Assembly (NCBI GenBank): GCA_963713865.1
Contig: OY970208.1
Location: 1,506,449-1,570,448 of the forward strand
Length of the DNA: 64,000 nucleotides
Source of the DNA: an uncultured candidate division Zixibacteria bacterium
Lineage (GTDB): Bacteria > Zixibacteria > MSB-5A5 > RBG-16-43-9
Reading direction: 5' to 3'
The notes under the pieces were generated by a model. The model did not search any database. It saw only the letters and a program-made list of their open reading frames with translations, and was not told the origin of the DNA. This document shows positions 31,439-41,435 of this stretch, piece after piece (positions within the stretch are counted from its first letter, which is position 1; every line of letters starts with the position of its first letter). Both the position numbers and the translations under genes were made by a program.

Positions 31439-33025
31439 CTATTCAATCGCCTTTTTAACTGCTAAGTAAACGGTAGCCGCAGATCCAGCCGCCATCAGGA
31501 TATCCCGAAAATTATTCCAGTAGTGTCTTTCCGGTTTCTCCGGTACCCAGATAACATCGCCTGGCTCTAAATTCTTGTCAGGTTTCACCCACTCACCAGT
31601 TACTCCTTTAATCAGTTTGATCTTCCCTTTATCTGCCCTCCAGGAAAAACCTCCAGTTTTATTTATATAATAAAGATAGTTTTTCCCAGGCTCATAAGTC
31701 AAATAGCCAGGATTAACCACCCGACCGGATACTTTAACTACCAAACTTATCTTGGGAATGAATATCTCATCCCTATCTTTTAATAAGATATCCTCATTCT
31801 GGTCCTTAGTCTTAAAGAGTCGCACAAAATCAACTGAAACTCTACCTGGTTTTTCTCTGGATTTGGTCTTAAAATATTCATACTCATAGCTTTTCATATC
31901 CGAGACCGGAATTTTCTTAAGCCTTTCATATTCCAGATCAATCTCTTGAGAATAAAATCCTCTTATCATATCTGCTTCTTCTAAAGAGGCCTTTTTAGTA
32001 AATCCACCAGCCAGCTCAACTAAGTCAGATAATTTGGTTATTCCCTCATTAATAGCATAGACACCAGGATATAAAACCTCTCCTTCAACGGTAACCTGTT
32101 TTTTCTCCCTGAAGTCCGGAATTGAACGTATAAAGATTCTATCATCTGGCATTAAGGTTATATCAGCTTCCTGATCATTAACTGAGAAGAGGGGTTTTAA
32201 ATTCTTTTTTAAAGACTGAGTATGTATATCATCAGAACTAAACCTGATGATTTCAGCAATCGAAATATCTGCATCTCCGGTCAATCCACCTGCTAAATCT
32301 ATAAGGTCTTTGAGGCTGTCACCTTCAAAATACTCATATTCACCTGGGTCTTTCACTGCGCCATAGATTCCAAAAATATTAATAGAGGCATCTTTTAAAG
32401 GGACATAAATTATATCCCCATCCAGAACATAGGGATTCCGGTTACTTTTCCCGGTCTTCAAAAATCTTAAAACATCTACTTTCATTTTTGAACCGTCATT
32501 TCTTGTGAGAATTATGTTTCTGGTAGATGAATTTGGTAAATTTTTTCCCGCTTTCTCGATTATCTCGGAGACTCTTTCATTGGCATAGGTTGAATAAATT
32601 CCAGGATTTTTAACTGCCCCGGTCACCGATACTTTAAATTTTCTCAAATTGAGTAAACTGATGGTTATATCGATATTTCTGTATCTTTTCAAAACCTCGT
32701 CTTTAACTGATAATTTAACCTCTTCCAAGCTTTTGCCCCCCACCATAAGACTCCCTACTCTGGGTATCAAAATTGTTCCCTCCGGGGTTACTTTCAAAGA
32801 GTAATTTGTCTGAAACTCATCCCAGAGTACGATGGAAAGAACATCACCGGGACCAACTATATATTCCTTTGGATTAACAGCTTTCTCTAAAGTCTGCTCC
32901 CCTGCATTAACCTCCCTGGACCTGGAAATCAGGGTATCCTGATAATTTGTATTTTCAATCAATTGAGCATTGGACCAGGGATAAAAAGATAACAGAAATA
33001 AAAGACTTAATAAGAATTTCGCCAT
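31439..33025 (-). CDS. polysaccharide export protein (Wza-like, Poly_export + SLBB repeats)
   Basis: Signal peptide, then VGPGDVLSIVLWDE Poly_export motif, then repeated SLBB-like segments. 528 aa. Confidence 0.8.
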   Translation of the reverse strand: MAKFLLSLLFLLSFYPWSNAQLIENTNYQDTLISRSREVNAGEQTLEKAVNPKEYIVGPGDVLSIVLWDEFQTNYSLKVTPEGTILIPRVGSLMVGGKSLEEVKLSVKDEVLKRYRNIDITISLLNLRKFKVSVTGAVKNPGIYSTYANERVSEIIEKAGKNLPNSSTRNIILTRNDGSKMKVDVLRFLKTGKSNRNPYVLDGDIIYVPLKDASINIFGIYGAVKDPGEYEYFEGDSLKDLIDLAGGLTGDADISIAEIIRFSSDDIHTQSLKKNLKPLFSVNDQEADITLMPDDRIFIRSIPDFREKKQVTVEGEVLYPGVYAINEGITKLSDLVELAGGFTKKASLEEADMIRGFYSQEIDLEYERLKKIPVSDMKSYEYEYFKTKSREKPGRVSVDFVRLFKTKDQNEDILLKDRDEIFIPKISLVVKVSGRVVNPGYLTYEPGKNYLYYINKTGGFSWRADKGKIKLIKGVTGEWVKPDKNLEPGDVIWVPEKPERHYWNNFRDILMAAGSAATVYLAVKKAIE

Positions 33026-33648
33026 AATATTTCCCCCTGAGGGTTTTTTGATTTTTTATCCTTCAGGAAAAGCCTTTTTATAAAAAAACCGAGTTTAATA
33101 GGGTTATTTACCCAGTGACAACCCGGTTGATATATTGATCTCATCACCTCAACAAAATTAAAGAGTTGCACCTGAAAATATAGAATCAGTGGATGCAGAA
33201 CCGATTAACTTTTTAACTTCCAGGCTTACAAAAATAACTCTTTAACAAAAAACGCTTATTTATCCTCCACGAAGAGCATAACACCCTGCTTTTTGCAGGA
33301 TTATACCTCTGCCGAGCTTTCAATGGCTCAGCCACTATTTTAAAAATAATAAGTTAATCCTTTTTGAATGTCAAGGAAAATTAGATAAACTTCTTATCTT
33401 TTCTATAAAAGCGGAAGACTGCAATTTGGAAACTCAGGTAGTTATTGATGTTTAATGGAAAAAGAGGGATATGGAGTTAAATCTTTTCAACTCGATTCCC
33501 CGCCATACTAATTTATTTTCTAAAAACTGGGGAAAAAGACTCAAAAATTTTCCTTGACAAACCTCTTTCGGATTTACTAAATATTAAAAAGACTTCTCGC
33601 ATTGTTTGCCCAGAGTTAAGCCTTTAACCCTTAACGCAAGGAGGGGAG

Positions 33649-33987
33649 ATGAGTGGAAACAGGGTTTTAGTTACTACCATTTTAGGATTTATCTTCGGGA
33701 TCATCGCTTATCTTTTTGTCCGGGGAACAGAAGGGATGACCTGCGGGATTGCCTGGTCGATTATCCTGGATGGGGCGCTCTTAGGTTTTATCATCGGGAT
33801 TTCAGTTTTTAAATTCAACTTCGTGGTACATGGAATTGTTATAGGTGCGATTGTCTATTTACCAGCGGCACTTCCTTCAGGGCAATTTCTCAGGTACTGG
33901 TTAGAAGGTATGATTATTGGTGCTTTGATTGAGATAATCTCTCATTTTATTATTAGAGAGAAAATTACAGAGACACCTAAGCCTTAA
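33649..33987 (+). CDS. small 4-TM membrane protein of unknown function, paralog 1
   Basis: Strong RBS AAGGAGGGG 6 nt upstream. Four hydrophobic segments. 35-40 percent identical to ORF 34096..34455. Confidence 0.6.
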   Translation: MSGNRVLVTTILGFIFGIIAYLFVRGTEGMTCGIAWSIILDGALLGFIIGISVFKFNFVVHGIVIGAIVYLPAALPSGQFLRYWLEGMIIGALIEIISHFIIREKITETPKP

Positions 33988-34095
33988 GGATAAACTTCTT
34001 AGCTGAAAAGAAATAAATTGGGGTATAAACCTTTAGGTTTATCATTAAAATAAAGCTAAAGCTTTATATTCCAGAATCCTTGAAAGGAGGGAGAA

Positions 34096-34455
34096 ATGAG
34101 GGGAACTAAAATTTTAGTTGCTACTTTCCTGGGTTTTATTGCAGGAATTGTCTGTTATAGTTTAGCTCGCAGAGGTGGTCCGATGCCTTCGAATATGGCC
34201 TGGTCAATTATCTTAGGTAGAACTCTGATAGGCCTTACTATCGGGATATCTGCCTGGAGGATAAACTATCTGGTTCAAGGAGTGTTGATTGGATTAATCG
34301 TCTCTTTACCAATGGCTTTGCCGGCTGGCTCAATGAAAGGGGCAGCCATTTTCTGGGGGACTTTGATTATGGGTGGAATTTATGGATTTTTTATTGCACT
34401 GATTACTAATCTTATCATAAAGGAGAAAAAAGAGATACCATCAGCTACGATTTGA
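34096..34455 (+). CDS. small 4-TM membrane protein of unknown function, paralog 2
   Basis: RBS AAGGAGGGAG. Shares the pattern ILGFIxGI...AWSIIL...LxGxxIGIS...LPxALPxG with paralog 1. Confidence 0.6.
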   Translation: MRGTKILVATFLGFIAGIVCYSLARRGGPMPSNMAWSIILGRTLIGLTIGISAWRINYLVQGVLIGLIVSLPMALPAGSMKGAAIFWGTLIMGGIYGFFIALITNLIIKEKKEIPSATI

Positions 34456-34502
34456 TTTTAAATTTAACAAGAAAATTAATAATACCTTGATATTATTAAG
34501 GA

Positions 34503-34530
34503 TGTGAATACTGGGTAGGGGTTTAACTCC
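34503..34530 (+). terminator. rho-independent terminator (gggtagg-ggtttaact-cctaccc + TTTTT)
   Basis: Inverted repeat plus T5. Confidence 0.7.
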
Positions 34531-34656
34531 TACCCTTTTTGCTTGACAAATTTATTTATTATTTTATATTTAAAATTTATTAATTAAAACCGTTATATAT
34601 CTTACGGTAAATAGAAAAATTACGTATACGTGGAATGGAAGTTGAAAGGAGAATAG

Positions 34657-35085
34657 ATGAAGACCTATACACCTAAACCGAATGAAGTTGAGAAAAAATG
34701 GTTTTTAGTGGATGCACAGGGTAGGGTTTTAGGGAGATTAGCCTCTAAAGTGGCTCAGATCCTTTTAGGAAAAGGTAAGCCAAAATTTACCCCGCATTTG
34801 GATCAGGGTGATTTCGTGGTAGTGATTAACTGTGATAAAGTCATCCTGACCGGTAAAAAAGCTGACCTTAAGACTTACTATCATTATACCGGGTATCCTG
34901 GAGGTTTGAAAAAAGAGACCTTTTCAAAAAGGATAAAAGAAAACCCCAGAGAAGTCTTTATCCATTCAGTTAAAGGGATGCTACCCCATAACCGATTGGG
35001 CAGGAAAATCTTATCCAAGCTTTTCGTTTACCTGGGAGAGAAACATCCCCATCAAGCTCAGAAGCCTGAGCCTATAAAATTGTGA
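34657..35085 (+). CDS. rplM: 50S ribosomal protein L13
   Basis: MKTYTPKPNEVEKKWFLVDAQGRVLGRLAS. 142 aa. GAAAGGAG RBS. Confidence 0.95.
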   Translation: MKTYTPKPNEVEKKWFLVDAQGRVLGRLASKVAQILLGKGKPKFTPHLDQGDFVVVINCDKVILTGKKADLKTYYHYTGYPGGLKKETFSKRIKENPREVFIHSVKGMLPHNRLGRKILSKLFVYLGEKHPHQAQKPEPIKL

Positions 35086-35126
35086 AATGTCAAATTTTAA
35101 TAAAGATATTTTAGGAGGTGAAATTT

Positions 35127-35522
35127 TTGGAGAAGAAAGTTTATAATGGTATAGGCAGGAGAAAGACCTCAGTTGCCCAGGTCAGAATTGTCGTTCCAGG
35201 AAATGGAAAGAGAACAATTAACGGTAAAGAGATGAAAGACTATCTTCAAAGGGAAACCCTGATCAAGCATGCTTTAAAGCCTTTAGAGGTGGCTAAGGCG
35301 GATGGCAAAATGGATGTCATTTGCAAGTGTGAAGGTGGTGGAATTTCCGGACAGGCGGGAGCTATCAGGTTAGGAATTGCCAGGGCACTTGCTCAATTAG
35401 ATGAGAACCTGAAAAAGCTTTTGAAAGACCAGGGGCTTTTAACCCGTGACCCGCGAATGGTGGAAAGAAAGAAATACGGACAGATAAAAGCCCGCAAGAG
35501 ATTCCAGTATTCTAAGAGATAA
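35127..35522 (+). CDS. rpsI: 30S ribosomal protein S9
   Basis: C-terminal ...RKRFQYSKR. The TTG at 35127 is better spaced from AGGAGGTG than the GTG at 35118. Confidence 0.9.
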   Translation: MEKKVYNGIGRRKTSVAQVRIVVPGNGKRTINGKEMKDYLQRETLIKHALKPLEVAKADGKMDVICKCEGGGISGQAGAIRLGIARALAQLDENLKKLLKDQGLLTRDPRMVERKKYGQIKARKRFQYSKR

Positions 35523-35548
35523 GATAGAAGATTTGATGTTTTTGATTT

Positions 35549-35579
35549 TGTAGGGGCGGGTTTCAAACCCGCCCCTACC
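35549..35579 (+). terminator. GC-rich hairpin tgtaggggcggg-tttcaaa-cccgcccctac after rpsI (no T-run)
   Basis: Perfect 11-bp stem. Shares the tgtagggg prefix with other intergenic hairpins. Confidence 0.45.
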
Positions 35580-35693
35580 TGATAAAATATCCGGGAACAG
35601 ATCTGTAGGACAGAATTGGGATTTAAAATGCGGGTCACCAGGATTCCGTCAGAGACTGAAAAAACAGATTCCTGCAATAATATAAGAGAATAA

Positions 35694-36284
35694 ATGTTTT
35701 TTAAACCAAAAATCCATGATTTAAAGTTTCATCCTGTTACACCCACCCGCTGGAAAGACCTTGAAAATCTATTCGGGGAAAGAGGAGCTTGCGGTGGTTG
35801 TTGGTGCATGCTCTGGAGACTTCCCCGGGCTCAATGGCAGCAGCAATTAGGCGAGAAGAACAGAAAAGCACTAAAGAAAATAGTTGATTCCGGTGAAATT
35901 CCGGGTATCTTGGCTTATGCAAACGGGAAACCTATAGGGTGGTGCGCAGTAGCGCCGAGGGAAATGTTCCAACTTTTAGAGCGCTCCCGGATAATGGGAA
36001 GGGTCGATGAAAAACCGGTCTGGTCAGTGGTTTGTTTCTTTGTAGCAAAACCGTTCAGGCAAAAGGGTATAAGTGTCGAAATCCTGAAATCTGCAGCAGA
36101 ATATGCAAGAAAAAAAGGAGCAAAAATTGTTGAAGGTTATCCGATTGAGCCGAAAAAAGGAAAATTCCCTGATGTTTTTGCTAATACAGGTCTGGCCTCT
36201 GCGTTCCGCCAGGCAGGATTCGTGGAAGTTCTTCGCAGGTCTGAGACCAGGCCGATTATGAGATATTATATATCAAATAAATAG
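35694..36284 (+). CDS. GNAT-family N-acetyltransferase
   Basis: VVCFFVAKPFRQKGISVEILKSAAEYARKKG resembles GNAT motif A. 196 aa. Confidence 0.65.
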   Translation: MFFKPKIHDLKFHPVTPTRWKDLENLFGERGACGGCWCMLWRLPRAQWQQQLGEKNRKALKKIVDSGEIPGILAYANGKPIGWCAVAPREMFQLLERSRIMGRVDEKPVWSVVCFFVAKPFRQKGISVEILKSAAEYARKKGAKIVEGYPIEPKKGKFPDVFANTGLASAFRQAGFVEVLRRSETRPIMRYYISNK

Positions 36285-36320
36285 GAGTATAATCAGATTA
36301 TACGCAGACTACTTTTCATT

Positions 36321-36830
36321 TTGATACTAATGCCAGGTATCCTATTTGCCCAGGGAGAGAAAAAAGAAGATATTTGGGCACCATTCAAATTTTTCATTGG
36401 AACCTGGGAGGGAAAAGGGGAAGCCTGTCCGGGGTTATCCAGTCTTAAAGCTGGGTTTAAATTTGTGCTAAATGAAAGGTATCTTCAGATCAATGGAAAG
36501 GCGGTGTTTAAACCTCAAGAGAAGAATAAAAAAGGTGAGGTGCACGAAGATTTAGGGTTCATCAGTTTTGACCGGAACAGGAATAAGTATGTGCTGCGGC
36601 AATTTCACGTAGAGGGATTTGTCAATCAATATGTCTTAGATAGCTTGCCTGCTGATGGAAAAACTTTTGTCTTTGTCTCGGAGAATATAGAAAATATACC
36701 TGCTGGCTGGAGGGCAAGATCCACCTATAAAATTCTGGATGAGGATGAATTTCAGCAAGTATTTGAGCTGGCTAAACCAGGGAAGGAGTTTGAAGTTTAT
36801 TCGGAGAATCGGCTTAAGCGTAAAGGATAG
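36321..36830 (+). CDS. hypothetical, probably secreted beta-barrel (lipocalin/nitrobindin-like) protein; start may be the upstream ATT at 36297
   Basis: Frame open from 36285 with AGGAG at 36283-36287. Using ATT 36297 yields a Sec-type signal peptide IRRLLFILILMPGILFAQ. Confidence 0.4.
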   Translation: MILMPGILFAQGEKKEDIWAPFKFFIGTWEGKGEACPGLSSLKAGFKFVLNERYLQINGKAVFKPQEKNKKGEVHEDLGFISFDRNRNKYVLRQFHVEGFVNQYVLDSLPADGKTFVFVSENIENIPAGWRARSTYKILDEDEFQQVFELAKPGKEFEVYSENRLKRKG

Positions 36831-36918
36831 TTTTGAATTGAAATTATTGATTTCGTAGAGCGGGTGCCCTTGCTCGCTGATATATGAAGCGAAACGGGAA
36901 TTTTACTGGAGGTATAAA

Positions 36919-37623
36919 ATGGTTGAGGAAAAAAGATTCTTAGTGGATGTAGGAATAAGGGATTTGCCCTTTCCAATGAGAGTCGCATCGAAGGTTAATC
37001 CAGAGGGACAGCAGACTATCGCAAATATCTCTATATCTGCCCGTATTATCCGGGAGTTTGAAGCCTGCTGGATCGATAAATTCATCCAGATCATCCACCA
37101 GCATCGGGACCGTATTGGAACGAAAACTCTTCAGAGCAATATTCTGGATTATCTTAACCAGCTACAGGCTAAAGCTGTGAAGATCGATTTTAATTATCCC
37201 TTTTTCGTGGAGAAACCCACCCCGGTATCGAAAGCAAAATGTTTGGTCAGGTATCTCTGCACTTTTTCAGCAAAAGCTTCTTATGTTGTGGATAAACCAA
37301 AGATAATATTCAAGATGGAAATACCAATTATCACTACCTTTCCTGGCTCAATCCCTGAAAAGCCAGGAGGCTTGTTCGGTCAACTGAGCATTGTGGCAGT
37401 GGAAATAGAATCTCAAAAAGAAATTTATCCAGAGGATATTGTTGAGATAGTGGATAAACATGCATTAGTGCCGGTTTACTCGTTTTTAACTGAAGAAGAC
37501 CAGGCTTTTGTAATTCAGAAAATTCATACGGAGAATAAAACCAGCGTGGTGGTAACGGACAAGATAAGAGATGAGCTCTCCCGTATCAAAGATATTGTTC
37601 TGGTATTCGGTTCGCTGCTTTAA
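36919..37623 (+). CDS. GTP cyclohydrolase FolE2/MptA-family (DUF198, T-fold) homolog lacking the conserved cysteines
   Basis: VGIRDLPFPMRV and IDFNYPFFVEKPTPVSK resemble recalled FolE2 blocks. The position of the CPCS metal motif reads FPGSIPEK. Confidence 0.45.
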   Translation: MVEEKRFLVDVGIRDLPFPMRVASKVNPEGQQTIANISISARIIREFEACWIDKFIQIIHQHRDRIGTKTLQSNILDYLNQLQAKAVKIDFNYPFFVEKPTPVSKAKCLVRYLCTFSAKASYVVDKPKIIFKMEIPIITTFPGSIPEKPGGLFGQLSIVAVEIESQKEIYPEDIVEIVDKHALVPVYSFLTEEDQAFVIQKIHTENKTSVVVTDKIRDELSRIKDIVLVFGSLL

Positions 37624-37782
37624 CTATGGGATGCTTCACTCTTACAGCACGGTCATAGGGACCGAAAAAGGCTTGTGGTTTCCTACCAGCGGGTATGAGG
37701 AAGAAGAGATTTAAAATCAAGGATTGTGGTGATAGGTAATGGGAAATTACCAAGAAGCCAAAAAAGAAGGAGGTAACAAAAG

Positions 37783-38160
37783 ATGAAAAATCCAGTACCT
37801 CTTATAGCGCGGATTCTGTTGTGCGCAATTTTTATTCAATCGGAGGTGGGAAAAATTATGGATCCATCTGGCACCCAGCAGTATATGGCAGCTTATGGAA
37901 TGCCACTTACCAGTTTGTTCCTGCTCGGTGCAATCGTATGCGAAATTTTTGGCAGTCTATCAATTTTGCTGGGGTTCAAGGCTCGTTTGGGTGCGAGCTT
38001 GCTGGTTATATTTATGATTCCAACTACGCTTATTTTCCATACTAAACTTACTGACCAGGTACAGATGATTATGTTTATGAAGAACTTAGCTATCATAGGA
38101 GGGTTACTTATGGTGGCTTATTTTGGACCGGGACCGATAAGCTTTGATGCAAAAAAGTAG
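37783..38160 (+). CDS. DoxX-family membrane protein
   Basis: LIARILLCAIFI...GMPLTSLFLLGAIVCEIFGSLSILLGF. 125 aa. AAGGAGG RBS. Confidence 0.8.
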   Translation: MKNPVPLIARILLCAIFIQSEVGKIMDPSGTQQYMAAYGMPLTSLFLLGAIVCEIFGSLSILLGFKARLGASLLVIFMIPTTLIFHTKLTDQVQMIMFMKNLAIIGGLLMVAYFGPGPISFDAKK

Positions 38161-38169
38161 ATAAAATTT

Positions 38170-38300
38170 TATGGTTTTGTCATTCTGAGTGAGTTCCGCC
38201 ATTGGCGGAACGAGCGAAGAATCAATTGAATTTAACTATGATACAAATTCTTCACCTACGGTTCAGAATGACTGACAAAGAATGACAAAGGCGGAATGTT
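38170..38300 (+). repeat. nested imperfect palindrome / structured element upstream of rpsB (gtcattctga...ttccgcc-attg-gcggaa...gaagaat...attcttc...tcagaatgac, then tandem gaatgac)
   Basis: Inverted repeats read directly, including a perfect 8-bp gttccgcc/ggcggaac hairpin. Confidence 0.55.
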
Positions 38301-38431
38301 TATTTGACGTAGAATGTAAATGAATTAAAATCACACACCGGCTGATCTTTCAGGTGGTCTAAGGCAAATGCCTTAGCCCTGAGAGAGATGAGGTTGGTGG
38401 AGGAAAAAACCAATCAAAAAAGGAGTGTAGA

Positions 38432-39178
38432 ATGGCAGTAGCATTACAGGAGCTTTTGGAAGCAGGGGTACATTTCGGTCATCAGACCAAAAGATGGAAC
38501 CCCAAGATGAAACCTTTCATCTTTACCTCCCGGAACGGAATCTATATAATCGACCTGCAGAAAACAGTTAACTCTCTGGAAAAAGCCTGTCAGAAAATTA
38601 AGGAGTTAATGGAAAACGGAAAAGATATTTTATTTGTAGGTACAAAAAAGCAGGCAAAAGAGGTGATAAAGGAGGAGGCTTTAAGATGCGGGATGCCTTA
38701 TGTGACTGAAAGATGGCTGGGTGGGATGATGACAAATTTCCAGACTATCCGCAGGAATATAAAAAGATTAAAGGATCTGGAGAGAATGAAGGAGGATGGC
38801 ACTTTTGACAAGCTCACCAAGAAAGAGGCTTCAGGTTTACAAAGGGAGATAGAGAAGTTAGAGAATGTATTAGGAGGTATAAAAAATGTAGTCAAATTGC
38901 CGGGAGCTATCTTTGTGGTCGACTCCAAAAAGGAAAAGATTGCAGTAGCTGAAGCAAATAAGCTTAAGATTCCGGTTATCGCGATTATCGATACTAATTC
39001 AGATCCAGACGTGATCGATTATCCCATAGCTGGAAACGACGATGCAGTTAAATCAATAAAGATTATCACCCATGAGATCATCAATGCGGTCTTAGAGTCA
39101 CAACACAAGCTTTTAGAAGAAAAAGAAGAAGAGTCAAAGGTTGAAGCCAGGGTTAAAAAGAGTAAGGAGGAAAAATAG
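38432..39178 (+). CDS. rpsB: 30S ribosomal protein S2
   Basis: [26 protein letters not shown]. 248 aa. Confidence 0.95.
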   Translation: MAVALQELLEAGVHFGHQTKRWNPKMKPFIFTSRNGIYIIDLQKTVNSLEKACQKIKELMENGKDILFVGTKKQAKEVIKEEALRCGMPYVTERWLGGMMTNFQTIRRNIKRLKDLERMKEDGTFDKLTKKEASGLQREIEKLENVLGGIKNVVKLPGAIFVVDSKKEKIAVAEANKLKIPVIAIIDTNSDPDVIDYPIAGNDDAVKSIKIITHEIINAVLESQHKLLEEKEEESKVEARVKKSKEEK

Positions 39179-39772
39179 ATGGAGATAGATTCGAAACTGG
39201 TTAAGGAATTAAGGGACAAAACTGGAGCTCCGATGATGGATTGTAAAAGGGCTCTGGAGAAGGCAAATGGTAACCTGGAAAAGGCTCTTGATTATTTAAG
39301 GGAGCAAGGAGTTGCCAAAGCTTCTCAAAAAGCTGGAAGATCAACCAGGGAAGGACTAATATATTCTTATATACATCCAGGTGAGAAGTTAGGAGTACTT
39401 TTAGAGATAAATTGCGAAACTGATTTTGTAGCCCGAACAGATGATTTTCGAAATTTAGCTAAAGATGTTGCCATGCAGGTGGCTGCTTCCAACCCCGTAG
39501 CCATAAAAAGGGAAGATTTCCCAGCAGAGTTATTAGAGAAAGAGAAGGAAATCTATAAAGCTCAGGTATTGAAGGAAGGAAAACCGGAAAAAATCCTGGA
39601 TAAGATAGTCCAGGGTAAATTAGAGAAATATTTTCAGGAGTTTTGCCTGTTAGAGCAGCCTTTCATCAAGGATGAGGATAGAACTGTTAAACAGAGAATA
39701 GATGAGACTATCGCCAAATTAGGCGAGAATATAACGGTCAAAAGATTTGTTAGATTTAGATTAGGGGAGTAA
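39179..39772 (+). CDS. tsf: elongation factor Ts
   Basis: LVKELRDKTGAPMMDCKRALEKANGNLEKALDYLRE. 197 aa. Confidence 0.95.
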   Translation: MEIDSKLVKELRDKTGAPMMDCKRALEKANGNLEKALDYLREQGVAKASQKAGRSTREGLIYSYIHPGEKLGVLLEINCETDFVARTDDFRNLAKDVAMQVAASNPVAIKREDFPAELLEKEKEIYKAQVLKEGKPEKILDKIVQGKLEKYFQEFCLLEQPFIKDEDRTVKQRIDETIAKLGENITVKRFVRFRLGE

Positions 39773-39829
39773 TTAGAAAATAGAAGGTAGCTATTAGCTT
39801 TTAGCGAATAGCAAACCGCGAAAAGCAAG

Positions 39830-40543
39830 ATGCGAAAACCAGTTTATAAAAGAATCCTGCTTAAACTTTCCGGAGAGGCTCTCCAGGGGAAAAAGGAATA
39901 TGGATTAGACCCCGATTTTTTACGATATTTAGCTTTTGAGATCAAAGGAATAAAAGATTTAGGAACAGAGATCGGGATAGTCATCGGTGCAGGGAATATA
40001 TTCAGGGGGATTTCTTTGAGCTCCAAGGGCACAGATAGGGTTTCAGGGGACCATATGGGGATGCTGGCTACGGTTATTAATTCCCTGGCTCTACAGAATT
40101 ATTTAGAGAAGATAGGGATCTTCACCCGGGTAATGTCTGCTATACAGATGGATAGAGTAGCGGAGCCTTATATTCGTCGGAGAGCGATAAGACATTTAGA
40201 GAAGGGTAGAGTAGTAATTTTTGCTGCAGGAACAGGGAATCCTTTTTTTACTACAGACACTGCAGCTGCTTTAAGGGCAAGCGAGATCGAGGCTGAGATT
40301 ATCCTCAAAGGAACAAAAGTGGATGGAGTCTATACTTCTGACCCGTTTAAAAATCCTAAAGCAAGAAAATTTAAACAAATAAGTTATTTAGAAATATTGA
40401 ATCGGAATCTGAAAGTAATGGATGCCACTGCTATTTCGCTGTGCAAAGAGAATAACATCCCTATAATCGTATTCAACCTTTTGAAAAAAGGTAATATCAA
40501 AAAGATAATCTCAGGTGAAAAAATAGGAACAGTGGTAAAATAA
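39830..40543 (+). CDS. pyrH: UMP kinase
   Basis: [13 protein letters not shown]...[12 protein letters not shown]. 237 aa. Confidence 0.95.
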   Translation: MRKPVYKRILLKLSGEALQGKKEYGLDPDFLRYLAFEIKGIKDLGTEIGIVIGAGNIFRGISLSSKGTDRVSGDHMGMLATVINSLALQNYLEKIGIFTRVMSAIQMDRVAEPYIRRRAIRHLEKGRVVIFAAGTGNPFFTTDTAAALRASEIEAEIILKGTKVDGVYTSDPFKNPKARKFKQISYLEILNRNLKVMDATAISLCKENNIPIIVFNLLKKGNIKKIISGEKIGTVVK

Positions 40544-40601
40544 TGGGCAATACTTTTTATCCTGAGGTATGCTCAAACCTAAAGAATAGAAAGGAAGAAA
40601 T

Positions 40602-41159
40602 ATGACCAAACAGATTTTTGCTGAAACAGAAGAGAGGATGAAAAAGACGATTGAAGCTGTTCAGAGGGAATTATCCTCCATCCGGACGGGTAAAGCCACC
40701 ACCTCACTTTTAGATGGGGTAAAAGTGGAGTACTATGGATCAATGGTTCCTCTTTCTCAGGTAGCGAGCATAAGTGTGCCGGACTACAAATTGATTATTA
40801 TCCAGCCCTGGGAGAAAAAGCTTATTCCTGAAATAACCAAGTCTATCCAGAAATCAGATCTGGGCTTAAATCCAATCACGGATGCGAACGTGGTTCGCCT
40901 GCCTATCCCTGCTTTAACTGAAGAGAGAAGAAAGGACCTGGTTAAACTGGTTAAGAAGATAACTGAAGAAAGCAAAATATCATTGAGAAATATCCGCCGG
41001 GATGCAAATGAGGCTTTAAAGAAAAAGGAGAAAGATAAGGAGATATCTGAAGACGATTCTAGAAAAGGTGTGGAGCAGGTGCAGAAGATACTGGACAAAT
41101 ATATCGGGATGACGGATGAGCTTCTGAAGAAAAAGGAAGCGGAGATAATGGAAGTGTAA
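40602..41159 (+). CDS. frr: ribosome recycling factor
   Basis: 185 aa. SSIRTGKATTSLLDGVKVEYYG. Confidence 0.95.
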   Translation: MTKQIFAETEERMKKTIEAVQRELSSIRTGKATTSLLDGVKVEYYGSMVPLSQVASISVPDYKLIIIQPWEKKLIPEITKSIQKSDLGLNPITDANVVRLPIPALTEERRKDLVKLVKKITEESKISLRNIRRDANEALKKKEKDKEISEDDSRKGVEQVQKILDKYIGMTDELLKKKEAEIMEV

Positions 41160-41263
41160 TAAATACAATGGCGGATGACGGATAAAAGAAAAGGAAAAAG
41201 GAAAACGAAAAAAGGAAGATAAAAAAGACGTGACCGTTGACCAATTCCCGTTAACATAAATAT

Positions 41264-41412
41264 GTAGGGTAATGTTGAACCTTGCGTGATTTTATGATTT
41301 TGAAAGGAATGACTTCGACTATCTGAAGATTAAAACATGTTGCCGAGCCTTGAGGGCTCGGTGTCCGATAAAGCTTTATGGCTCATAGCGAGAGCTAAAA
41401 CCTCTGTTACGT
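41264..41412 (+). repeat. intergenic repeat copy G (module 1 at 41264-41291; module 3 gccgagccttgagggctcgg...taaaacctctgttacg at 41338-41412)
   Basis: Module 3 is about 80 percent identical to 44537-44612 and related to 43501-43550. Confidence 0.7.
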
Positions 41413-41435
41413 TAACTATAGGAAAGAGTATTTTA

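Noticed and set aside
33606-33812. 68-aa ORF overlapping the start of 33649..33987
   Set aside because: Different frame and no RBS. The strong AAGGAGGGG RBS serves the 33649 ATG.
34546-34656. Possible L13 leader / promoter between the paralog-pair terminator and rplM
   Set aside because: A TTGACA-N16-TATATT candidate exists, but I could not confirm a conserved leader structure. Left as unannotated intergenic.
40784-41257. 157-aa minus-strand ORF antisense to frr
   Set aside because: Low-complexity S/F-rich translation. It fully overlaps a highly conserved gene and the purine-rich spacer on the other strand.
41337-41435. N-terminal extension of the uppS ORF
   Set aside because: Translates repeat module 3. 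The conserved UppS core begins shortly after TTG 41436.
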